From an uncultured Bacteriovoracaceae bacterium (GTDB lineage: Bacteria > Bdellovibrionota > UBA2428): a stretch of 64,000 bases of DNA. Shown piece by piece: positions 19,298 through 27,354 of this stretch. The first letter of the stretch is position 1. Every line of letters begins with the position of its first letter. The stretch spans positions 4,278-68,277 of the forward strand of contig CAYOWH010000003.1 of NCBI GenBank assembly GCA_964407615.1, given 5' to 3'. The position numbers were made by a program, and so were the translations under genes. The notes beneath the pieces were generated by a model. The model searched no databases. It was not told the DNA's origin and saw only the letters and a list, made by a program, of their open reading frames with translations.

Positions 19298-20324
19298 AAA
19301 CTGACACCCTTCCAAACACTCCGCCTACTGCTGAGAAAGAACGATTGATAAGTAACTGTCTTGCAAAGGCAGCTTGGTTTCTAAGCCATAAAGCAGTGTC
19401 CGTGATAGTTGTTGTTGGATACGTTGTATTCATGTCGGTAAAGAATGTGTAGTGAAACACAAAGCGATTTGCGCAAGGATTTCCATCCGTGAAGAGAGCG
19501 TTTCCAGCAGATGCTTTTGCACATGCAGCCATGTCAGAAAGAGTTGCGGCTCTTCTATAGGGAGATGTTGCTGTATATCCATTGTTTTGATCGTAGTTAT
19601 AAGCGTCTGAGTAATTTTGTCTGTCAACAAATCTAAATTCGAGATCGTAAGCGCTTGTAGAAGTTGCTTTACTACCGCTAACCATCAAGAAACCCAAACC
19701 GTCTTGAAGAATAATTTCAACACTATTAGATGTTCCACCACCAGTGTAACTCAATACTTTTGCAAAGTTATTGGGAGCTGCAGAGTCGTAATACCAAAAA
19801 CGGTTGTTATCTTCGTATTCAATTCTGAATCGAACGTTGCGGTTAACTCCACCAGAACATTTTACTTCTCCAGCAGGGCAACGAGAAGCTAAGCTATCTT
19901 GTTCAATACAAACCGTAACAGGTCCAACTAAGCTAACGATATCAAAATTAAAGAATGACTTGAGAACGTCTACGCTACGGTTATTAAGGACATTTCGACA
20001 AACTTTCGTTGTCGGAACTGTATTTGGATACTGAGTTAAAAGAATTTTTTCTCCAGTAAAAGAAGAGGAAGGAGGATCTACAACAGGAATCACAATACTT
20101 GTAGTGTTTGTACCAGTTGTTGAATCTCCTCTAACAACATCAATACCTGTAGAATTTGTACTGTCTGTTGAATTCGTACTCACAGTGCTTCCTGTATTGG
20201 CACTGCTCGATTGATTAATAACTCGACCAGGATTGCTTGAAGCTGATTGCTGGCTACACGCCGAAGAAAGAACAGCAACGATTAAAAGACTTGTGATTGA
20301 TAACCCCATTTTATTTAATTTCAT
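19287..20324 (-). CDS. Hypothetical lipoprotein with Ser/Thr/Asn-rich linker
   Basis: It has a lipobox (AVLSSACS), an STNSTDSTNST low-complexity linker, a Cys-containing body and a RIEYEDNNRFW motif. The ATG at 20324 follows a GGGGA RBS. Confidence 0.55.
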   Translation of the reverse strand: MKLNKMGLSITSLLIVAVLSSACSQQSASSNPGRVINQSSSANTGSTVSTNSTDSTNSTGIDVVRGDSTTGTNTTSIVIPVVDPPSSSFTGEKILLTQYPNTVPTTKVCRNVLNNRSVDVLKSFFNFDIVSLVGPVTVCIEQDSLASRCPAGEVKCSGGVNRNVRFRIEYEDNNRFWYYDSAAPNNFAKVLSYTGGGTSNSVEIILQDGLGFLMVSGSKATSTSAYDLEFRFVDRQNYSDAYNYDQNNGYTATSPYRRAATLSDMAACAKASAGNALFTDGNPCANRFVFHYTFFTDMNTTYPTTTITDTALWLRNQAAFARQLLINRSFSAVGGVFGRVSVYEL

Positions 20325-20423
20325 AAAATTCCCCATACCTAAGAACTTGCATTGAACATGCCAAGGGAGAAGCCCCTAGAATCATGGCTCTTTTGTTAAG
20401 GAGGCTGATTTTTGTCCTCATTT

Positions 20424-20456
20424 TTAAGAGCTGACTAAAGCTTAGACAGCTCTTAA
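20424..20456. promoter_or_regulatory. Perfect 10-bp inverted repeat (TTAAGAGCTG-N13-CAGCTCTTAA) in a divergent promoter region
   Basis: It is read directly from the sequence. It lies between the divergently transcribed lipoprotein operon and the GNAT/apaG genes. No flanking T-run is present, so it is not a terminator. Confidence 0.4.
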
Positions 20457-20532
20457 CAGTGAAAAACTTAAACATCCAAAAAGTGCCTTAGGCTCAATTG
20501 ACGAAAAGTCCTTTAAAACCTAATCTTTAAAC

Positions 20533-21324
20533 GTGAAACGGGTCGATATTAGGGACTCTGAAAAGCTTAATGGCGAAGGACTCGAATTAAGTCCCTTTAA
20601 AATTAGACTTGCTCAATCAGAAAAAGACAGAGACGAGGCCTATAAGCTTAGATATCAGATATTTAACGAAGAACTTGGTGAAGGCATCCCAGAAAATGCC
20701 CTAACAAAACGCGATATAGATCGTTTTGATGCTCACTGTGACCACCTTCTTGTAGAAAGAAACGGCCAGGTGGTTGGAACTTATCGCCTTATGCCCAGCT
20801 CGCAAGTTAACAAAGAGCTTGGTTTTTACTCAGAAACTGAATATTCAATTAAAAATCTGCCTTTAGATTTTAATAAATCACTTGAAATGGGTCGTGCGTG
20901 TATTTTGCCTGAATACCGTAAACAAGCCACTCTGGTTTGTCTGTTCTGTGGAATTAGACACTATATGAATTTAAAGGATTGCCATTCCTTGTTTGGTTTA
21001 GCTTCCCTTCCTATTATGTCCCATGAAAATGCACTCGCAACTTATGAAGAGATTAAAAAGATGGGTCGAGTGCTAGATGTAAAAGGCGTGGAGCCCATAC
21101 CCAGCATGCGTATCCCTAGTGGAACAAAAACTGGAAACCAACCTCAAATTCCCGCGCTTCTTTCTGTTTATTTTCAGTTTGGCTCTTACATATGCGGAGA
21201 ACCTGCGTACGACCCTGTCTTTAAATGCCATGATGTTTTAACAATTTTAAAACTTGATGAGGTAAGCGATAAAACCTGGGACTTCTTTGATAAGTTTATT
21301 CGTCGACGGGAATCTGTTTCATGA
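20533..21324 (+). CDS. GNAT-family N-acyltransferase (OlsB / N-acyl amino acid synthase-like, Acetyltransf_5)
   Basis: It uses a GTG start. FKIRLAQSEKDRDEAYKLRYQIFNEELGEGI...DRFDAHCDHLLV is the typical N-terminal pattern of this family. Confidence 0.6.
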   Translation: MKRVDIRDSEKLNGEGLELSPFKIRLAQSEKDRDEAYKLRYQIFNEELGEGIPENALTKRDIDRFDAHCDHLLVERNGQVVGTYRLMPSSQVNKELGFYSETEYSIKNLPLDFNKSLEMGRACILPEYRKQATLVCLFCGIRHYMNLKDCHSLFGLASLPIMSHENALATYEEIKKMGRVLDVKGVEPIPSMRIPSGTKTGNQPQIPALLSVYFQFGSYICGEPAYDPVFKCHDVLTILKLDEVSDKTWDFFDKFIRRRESVS

Positions 21325-21725
21325 AACAAGGTGAAAAATCTTCTTATGTTAATGAAACTCGAGGAGTTCGCATCTCAATTTGGCCAAAATATGACGAAAC
21401 AAATTCTCGTCCAACAAATTCTCTTTTCATTTATAGCTACACAATTTTAATTGAAAACTTTAGTAGCGACGTCGTGCAACTTATGAATCGTCATTGGATT
21501 ATTCGCGATGCTTTTGGCGGAGTTGAGGAAGTTCGTGGAGCAGGCGTGGTGGGAAAACAACCCCTCTTACAGCCCGGCGAAGTTTTTGAATACACAAGCT
21601 TTTGTCCTCTTAAAACACCTTCTGGAAGCATGGAGGGAAGTTTTGAGATGCGAAATAATTTAAACGAAAAGTTTGAAGCACCTATCGCACGCTTTGAATT
21701 AAAATCTTTTACCCTTCAAAACTAA
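21321..21725 (+). CDS. apaG: ApaG (DUF525) protein
   Basis: FIYSYTILIENFSSDVVQLMNRHWIIRDAFGGVEEVRGAGVVGKQPLLQPGEVFEYTSFCPLKTPSGSMEGSF is the canonical ApaG fold sequence. The start overlaps the upstream stop by ATGA. Confidence 0.88.
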   Translation: MKQGEKSSYVNETRGVRISIWPKYDETNSRPTNSLFIYSYTILIENFSSDVVQLMNRHWIIRDAFGGVEEVRGAGVVGKQPLLQPGEVFEYTSFCPLKTPSGSMEGSFEMRNNLNEKFEAPIARFELKSFTLQN

Positions 21726-23092
21726 TCTAACTTTAAAGTAAAAAGAGCAACCGTATTTCCTCGAAAAACTTTCAAGATATACGTTCCACTTTTTCCAATT
21801 GCTTTTTCAACTGATTTCACATCTGTAACTTTTTTCTTTTGAATTTCAGTGAGTATATCACCTCGAGCAATTCCCGCTTCATCCGCAGGAGTGCCTGCAA
21901 TAACTTCACTGATCACAACACCTTTTACTTCTGGAGAAAGTCTCCATCGAGTACGAATTTCTTTGGTTAAATTGACAACTTCAAAGCCAGCTTTAGAAAT
22001 TGTAAAAGTCTCTGACTTTTCTGATCTACCTTTCCCCTTGAATAAGGATCGAATATCGCTTGCAGAAACTTCAGAACTTTTTTCCAAATCTCCTAGGATC
22101 ATCGTTGTTGTTGCTACTTTTCCTTCTCGTAAATACTCAACAGTTACCTTTGTATTCGGATCAAGTTCTCTGACCGCCTTTTGAAAATCAGAGTTTGTAT
22201 TAATTTTGCGATCGCCTATTTTTGTCACAACATCATATGCTTTTAAACCAGCGTTTGCTGCAGCTTGACCTGGGACAACATCTTCAATCAAGGCACCGTC
22301 TGCATTTTTAAGTCCTAGTGACTTAGCTGTTTCTAAATCAAAATTTTGAAATAAACTAACACCAGCAAATCCATGTGAGGGCTTGCCCTTTTCCATGATA
22401 GCTTTGATCGCTCTTTTGGCTGTATTAACAGGTATGGCAAATCCCAAGCCCTGTCCGCGAGGATCAATCGCTGTATTAATTCCCACAACTTCTCCCATCA
22501 TATTAATAAGTGGACCTCCAGAATTTCCCTGGTTAATGCTTGCATCCGTTTGAATAAAATCAGCTGAAACATTAGGAATGATATCGCGACCTAAAGCACT
22601 TACAATTCCTTTGGTGACTGTGTGAGAAAGCCCATGAGGATTCCCAATAGCCACAACCCACTCTCCTACTTTTAAGCTGTCACTATTTCCAAGTGGAATC
22701 ACAGACAAATTAGGCTTTGACTTTCCTTTCAAACGTAACACAGCTGTATCGACAACAGGATCAACACCAAGAACCTGTACATCCATGCCTTCTGACTTGT
22801 CTGAATCTCCTAAAAACTTAACTTTTACAGAATCAGCAAGACGATCATCTTGAATCCTAATAACATGGGAATTTGTCACAATAATTCCGTCGGGATGAAT
22901 CACAAAACCACTTCCAAGACTTTGAGCCTTTTGAGAACGTGGCGGACGACGCTGAATTCCTCCACCGCCTGGAAAACCAAAAAACAAATCAAACATATCC
23001 TCGGGAAACATTTGCATTTGGGGAACCTTGATCTCACTTGTCGTCAAAACCGTTACCACTGCAGAAGAATAGGTGGAAGCCAAACATTTCAT
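21722..23092 (-). CDS. htrA: HtrA/DegP-family serine protease with two PDZ domains (no signal peptide in this frame)
   Basis: It has the catalytic triad contexts TNSHVI, DTAVLRL and GNSGGPL, followed by two PDZ-like segments. A TGA lies immediately upstream of the first ATG in this frame (see findings). Confidence 0.85.
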   Translation of the reverse strand: MKCLASTYSSAVVTVLTTSEIKVPQMQMFPEDMFDLFFGFPGGGGIQRRPPRSQKAQSLGSGFVIHPDGIIVTNSHVIRIQDDRLADSVKVKFLGDSDKSEGMDVQVLGVDPVVDTAVLRLKGKSKPNLSVIPLGNSDSLKVGEWVVAIGNPHGLSHTVTKGIVSALGRDIIPNVSADFIQTDASINQGNSGGPLINMMGEVVGINTAIDPRGQGLGFAIPVNTAKRAIKAIMEKGKPSHGFAGVSLFQNFDLETAKSLGLKNADGALIEDVVPGQAAANAGLKAYDVVTKIGDRKINTNSDFQKAVRELDPNTKVTVEYLREGKVATTTMILGDLEKSSEVSASDIRSLFKGKGRSEKSETFTISKAGFEVVNLTKEIRTRWRLSPEVKGVVISEVIAGTPADEAGIARGDILTEIQKKKVTDVKSVEKAIGKSGTYILKVFRGNTVALFTLKLD

Positions 23093-23249
23093 TCATGGCA
23101 TCAACTTTTGGCTGAAGCACTTTTTTTGCTTCAGAATCCTTCTCAATCCAGTAAGGGCCCTTTGGAGCGGAGGCCCACAAACAAGCACTCAACGATAGAA
23201 TTGCAAAAACTGCCAAAAGAAATAATTTTGAGAAGTTTTTCAAGTTCAT
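23034..23249 (-). CDS. Small lipoprotein-signal ORF, possibly the displaced N-terminus of the HtrA protease
   Basis: It has a signal peptide with a lipobox (FAILSLSAC). It overlaps the htrA ORF by 59 nt in a different frame. It begins directly after the DUF1844 gene stop. Confidence 0.4.
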   Translation of the reverse strand: MNLKNFSKLFLLAVFAILSLSACLWASAPKGPYWIEKDSEAKKVLQPKVDAMNEMFGFHLFFCSGNGFDDK

Positions 23250-23252
23250 CAA

Positions 23253-23531
23253 CTATCCCTCCGATGCTTTTACAAATTGCAAACGAACATCCCTTAGAAT
23301 TCTCTCTAAAAGACCTCGTTCCTCGTCATCTAAATTTCCACGAGTTTTATCTTGCAACATCAATAACAAATCTATGTGCTGTTTTGCAGAAGACAAGTCC
23401 TTCTTTTTTGTTTTCGTAAGCGGATCCTCTACCACTCCCATTTCAATAAACGTGGCGGATGCCAAGCTTAAAATAAAAGTCGAAAAATTAACGGGGTTTA
23501 GAGCGTTTGTGTTTTTATCTTGAGACATCAT
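23253..23531 (-). CDS. DUF1844 domain protein
   Basis: FSTFILSLASATFIEMG...AKQHIDLLLMLQDKTRGNLDDEERGLLERILRDVRLQF fits the DUF1844 pattern. Confidence 0.6.
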   Translation of the reverse strand: MMSQDKNTNALNPVNFSTFILSLASATFIEMGVVEDPLTKTKKKDLSSAKQHIDLLLMLQDKTRGNLDDEERGLLERILRDVRLQFVKASEG

Positions 23532-23682
23532 TTAAGCCTTATACGAAACAATTTAAGACAAGGATAAATTTGAGACAAGCTTAAGAAATGAAGCTCTTAG
23601 GACTTAAGGTAAAAGATCTAAAATTTAGCTTTTCTGGCTGCGTCAAAGTCCAAAATTTTCAGGCGTCTGCTAAACTTTATTC

Positions 23683-24672
23683 ATGGCCGATTTAAACCAA
23701 CTAGGCGAACTCATTAAACAAGAAAGTACATTTATCAACCAACTTGAAAACGACATTTCTAAAGTTATTGTCGGTCAAAAAAAGATGATCGAGAGAGTTT
23801 TGATGGGACTTCTCACAGGGGGCCATGTTCTTCTTGAAGGACTACCTGGTTTAGCTAAAACTTTAGCTGTCAAAACCCTTGCTGATCTGATTGATCTAAA
23901 CTTTAAACGCTTACAGTTTACTCCAGATCTTTTACCTAGCGATTTAACAGGAACAATGGTTTTCAATCCCAAGAATGGCGAATTTTTTCCAAAAAAAGGT
24001 CCCATTTTTGCCAACATAGTTCTTGCAGATGAAATCAACAGAGCTCCCGCAAAAGTTCAATCAGCCCTCCTTGAGTGTATGGCTGAAAAACAAGTTACGA
24101 TTGGTGATGACACATACAAACTTGAAGAGCCCTTCATCGTACTGGCAACTCAAAACCCTATAGAACAAGAAGGAACCTATAGACTTCCCGAAGCTCAAAT
24201 GGATCGCTTCATGTTTAAAGTTTTAATTCCTTATCCTAACAAAACAGAAGAATTAAAAATTCTTGAAACTCAAGCTTCTTCAAAAGAAAGCTCTCTTCGT
24301 CCCATAGCTGGTGCAAATCAAATTCTTAAAGCAAGAAGCCTCTGCAATGAAATTTATCTCGATGCAAAAGTCAAAGAGTATATTATTGAAATTGTCTTTG
24401 CCACACGAGAACCTAAGGCCAGAAAGACTCTCAGTGAAATTGAAAGATACATTCAAATTGGAGCGTCTCCACGCGCAACCCTCTCTCTTGCAAGAGCTTC
24501 AAGAGCAAAAGCTTTTATGGAGGGCAGAGCTTTTGTAACTCCCGACGACATTAAAGCAGTGGCGCCAGATGTATTGAGACACAGAATTCTTCTTTCGTTT
24601 GAAGCAGAAGCTCAAGAAATTTCGTCTCACCAAATCATTACAAAAATACTTTCTGCACTTCCGACTCCTTAA
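23683..24672 (+). CDS. MoxR-family AAA+ ATPase
   Basis: It has Walker A (GLPGLAKT), Walker B/sensor (LADEINRAPAKVQSALLECMAE) and ATQNPIEQEGTYRLPEAQMDRF. Confidence 0.9.
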   Translation: MADLNQLGELIKQESTFINQLENDISKVIVGQKKMIERVLMGLLTGGHVLLEGLPGLAKTLAVKTLADLIDLNFKRLQFTPDLLPSDLTGTMVFNPKNGEFFPKKGPIFANIVLADEINRAPAKVQSALLECMAEKQVTIGDDTYKLEEPFIVLATQNPIEQEGTYRLPEAQMDRFMFKVLIPYPNKTEELKILETQASSKESSLRPIAGANQILKARSLCNEIYLDAKVKEYIIEIVFATREPKARKTLSEIERYIQIGASPRATLSLARASRAKAFMEGRAFVTPDDIKAVAPDVLRHRILLSFEAEAQEISSHQIITKILSALPTP

Positions 24673-24683
24673 GGAAATTCACA

Positions 24684-25544
24684 ATGACCTTTGAGGAATT
24701 CCTGAAAGAGATCAGAAAGCTCGAAATCAGAAACCACCACCTCATCAAAAAAGGCTTGGTTGGTGGCTTTCAATCAAGGTTTAAGGGATCGGGCTTACAA
24801 TTCAGCGAATTTCGGCCCTATGTTTACGGCGATGATGTTCGGCATATCTCTTGGACAACAAGTGCAAAAGCAAACGAAACTGTTTTAAAAACTTTTGAAG
24901 AAGAGCGAGACAAAAGTTATTTTCTTGTTGTAGACGTCAGCGCCTCGGCTCGAAAAGGCCCTATCGGCGGAAGTGTTGCTTTCCGAATTGCCGAAGTTGC
25001 CGCAACACTGGCTCTCTCTGCGGAAGACATAGGAGAAAAAGTTGGGCTCCTAACTTTTTCCAAAACAGTTGAAAAATGTCTTCCCCCCGAAAAAGGAAGA
25101 AACCACGTCCTGAGACTTGTTCGAGAAATCCTTAAAACAGGTCACAAAACACGAGGAACAGATCCCAACCATGCCCTCAAGCAGCTAAGAGGCTACCTCA
25201 AAAAACAAAGTGTAATTTTTTTCATATCTGATTTTGAAAAACTACCCGACCAAAGAATTCTCAAAGAGTATTCTCTTAAGCACGAATTTCTAGCTATTGG
25301 CGTTTTTCACTCTCGTCTGCAAAGTTTTCCATCTTTTCCTTTTATCGAAATGGAAGCTGCCGAAACAGCAAAAGCTTTTACCGTTTCAACTGACACAGAA
25401 AGCTTTCAAGAAAACATTAAACAAGAAGAAAAGAGAGTTCACAAAGTTCAAACTTTTTTTGAATTAAATAGAATCCCTTTTTTGAAGCTCAATGAAAACC
25501 AAGAATTTCTTAAGCCCTTAGAAACCTTCATACGAGGATCTTAA
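24684..25544 (+). CDS. DUF58 domain protein (MoxR partner)
   Basis: It has RFKGSGLQFSEFRPYVYGDDVRHISW and a following VWA-like fold. It sits immediately downstream of MoxR. Confidence 0.8.
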   Translation: MTFEEFLKEIRKLEIRNHHLIKKGLVGGFQSRFKGSGLQFSEFRPYVYGDDVRHISWTTSAKANETVLKTFEEERDKSYFLVVDVSASARKGPIGGSVAFRIAEVAATLALSAEDIGEKVGLLTFSKTVEKCLPPEKGRNHVLRLVREILKTGHKTRGTDPNHALKQLRGYLKKQSVIFFISDFEKLPDQRILKEYSLKHEFLAIGVFHSRLQSFPSFPFIEMEAAETAKAFTVSTDTESFQENIKQEEKRVHKVQTFFELNRIPFLKLNENQEFLKPLETFIRGS

Positions 25545-25546
25545 AA

Positions 25547-26332
25547 ATGGCAATTGAAATAAACGCTGGAGATACTTTTGATGTGAGCTGTCCCAGTGGA
25601 GAAAATCCTATTTTAAGTATAGGAGACACCCTACCTAGCGAAAAAGAAATTCTTGTAAAAGTTCTAAAAATTAAAAAAGAAATAGTGACACTAGGACCCT
25701 TTAAAACAGGGACGCTTAATTTTTCTCTTCCCTGCACCTCCTCAAATATTCCTATCCAAGCAACAATCAAAGAACTTAATCCCCAAGTTGCTCATAAACG
25801 CTATACTTCTCTTAAGGCCGAAAAGATTGACTATCCTGCTAGTTTTTTTGTGTTTTGTTTGCTTATTATTCTTTCTCTAATTGGAACGTTTCTTTATCTC
25901 AGACATAAGAAAAAAAATCTTCAACCAAAAGTGGAAAAGAAGACAAGCAAAATTAATCCCCGATCAGAGCTTGAGAAGCACCTTCTTCATTGCGAAACAA
26001 ACGTGAAAACTCCCGATGTGAAGCATCTTCATGACACCTATAAGCTGCTCCGAAACTTTTTAGAAAAAGAAAACAACCTAAGTACACGCTCTCTGACAAC
26101 AATTGAATTTATTGGCACCTTGAGAGCAATGGGTTTAAAACAAAATAAAAACCATAATTTACTCTCACAACTTGAATATGTTTTAAAAACTTCTGATGAT
26201 GTTCGCTTTGCAAAAAGATCTATGAATCCACAGATGTGGCAAGATTATCTTTCCAAAACAAAGGCAATCTTCTTAGCTTTTCCTAAAAAAGATGAATTGC
26301 CCAAAAACACCAACCAAGAGAAAAAAAGATGA
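25547..26332 (+). CDS. Hypothetical single-pass membrane protein of the Bat operon (DUF4381-like position)
   Basis: It has a central TM helix (FFVFCLLIILSLIGTFLYL). It lies between DUF58 and BatA, as in Bat-type operons, and is translationally coupled on both sides. Confidence 0.45.
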   Translation: MAIEINAGDTFDVSCPSGENPILSIGDTLPSEKEILVKVLKIKKEIVTLGPFKTGTLNFSLPCTSSNIPIQATIKELNPQVAHKRYTSLKAEKIDYPASFFVFCLLIILSLIGTFLYLRHKKKNLQPKVEKKTSKINPRSELEKHLLHCETNVKTPDVKHLHDTYKLLRNFLEKENNLSTRSLTTIEFIGTLRAMGLKQNKNHNLLSQLEYVLKTSDDVRFAKRSMNPQMWQDYLSKTKAIFLAFPKKDELPKNTNQEKKR

Positions 26333-27354
26333 ATTACACAAGCCAAAATACTCAAAATCTTATTTGGTTTAGTCCCGAGGCTTTTTTACTCTTTATACCT
26401 CTTGTTTTAGGCCTCATATTTTTCTTTAAAATTTCAGTTCGCTTTAGAAGCCGACTCCTATTTCCTTTTGATTGGTCCTTAGGTGCTACTTTTCAAAAAA
26501 TCTTAACGCCCTTCAGATTACAGGGAGGATTAAGATTTGCAGCTCTTGCTTGTTTGATTTTAGCTTTAGCTAGACCCCAAAAAAGACTTGGAAAAGAAAA
26601 AAGGATCGTTGAATCAATTGATATGATCATCGCTTTTGACCTTTCTAAGTCTATGGACGCTCTCGACTTCTCACCCAACAGACGTACTGTTGCGATTGAA
26701 AGGTTAGTTGAATTTACTAATCACCGAGAAGATGATCGTATTGGTTTAGTTTTATTTAGCGGAGAAGCTTACCTCAGCGTCCCTCTTACCTTGGATCACA
26801 AATTACTTTTGACAAATTTAAAATCTAGTTCCAACACTGGATTAGAGGATGGAACTGCCATTGGACAAGCCCTGGGAGTTGCCGTTAATCATCTAAAAGC
26901 TTCAACAGCAAAATCAAAAATTATTCTGCTTGTAACAGATGGAGACAATAACATGGGATCCATCGATCCTGTTTCAGCATCACAAATTGCTGCTGGCTTT
27001 GGAATTAAAATTTATTCTATTGGAATAGGAAAAAAAGGGCGCGTTCCTTTTCCGGTTACAGTCGAAGATGGATTTGGAAACAAAAAACAAGTTCTTCAAT
27101 ATCTAACAGACGCTGCCAATGATGAACTTTTAGAGAAAATTTCAAATTTTACAGGCGGAAAAGCTTATTCAGCTGTTGATCAAAGCCTCATGGGTAAAAT
27201 ATTGAGCGAAATTGATCAACTTGAAAAAAGCAAAGTTGAAATTTTAAATCAAACAAAAACTGTAGAAGCCTCTGACTTTCTTCTTTGGCTTGGAATTTTT
27301 CTGCTCTTTGCAGAAGGTTTTGCACTTCAGAGCGTCTGGAGAAAATATCCATGA
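26329..27354 (+). CDS. batA: BatA-like VWA domain membrane protein
   Basis: It has N-terminal TM helices, a MIDAS motif (AFDLSKSMDALD), LVTDGDNN and a C-terminal TM helix. Confidence 0.78.
   Translation: MNYTSQNTQNLIWFSPEAFLLFIPLVLGLIFFFKISVRFRSRLLFPFDWSLGATFQKILTPFRLQGGLRFAALACLILALARPQKRLGKEKRIVESIDMIIAFDLSKSMDALDFSPNRRTVAIERLVEFTNHREDDRIGLVLFSGEAYLSVPLTLDHKLLLTNLKSSSNTGLEDGTAIGQALGVAVNHLKASTAKSKIILLVTDGDNNMGSIDPVSASQIAAGFGIKIYSIGIGKKGRVPFPVTVEDGFGNKKQVLQYLTDAANDELLEKISNFTGGKAYSAVDQSLMGKILSEIDQLEKSKVEILNQTKTVEASDFLLWLGIFLLFAEGFALQSVWRKYP

Noticed and set aside
27285-27350. 22-codon N-terminal extension of the BatB/C ORF
   Set aside because: It overlaps the batA 3' end. The ATG at 27351 forms the typical ATGA stop/start coupling and starts right before the first TM helix.
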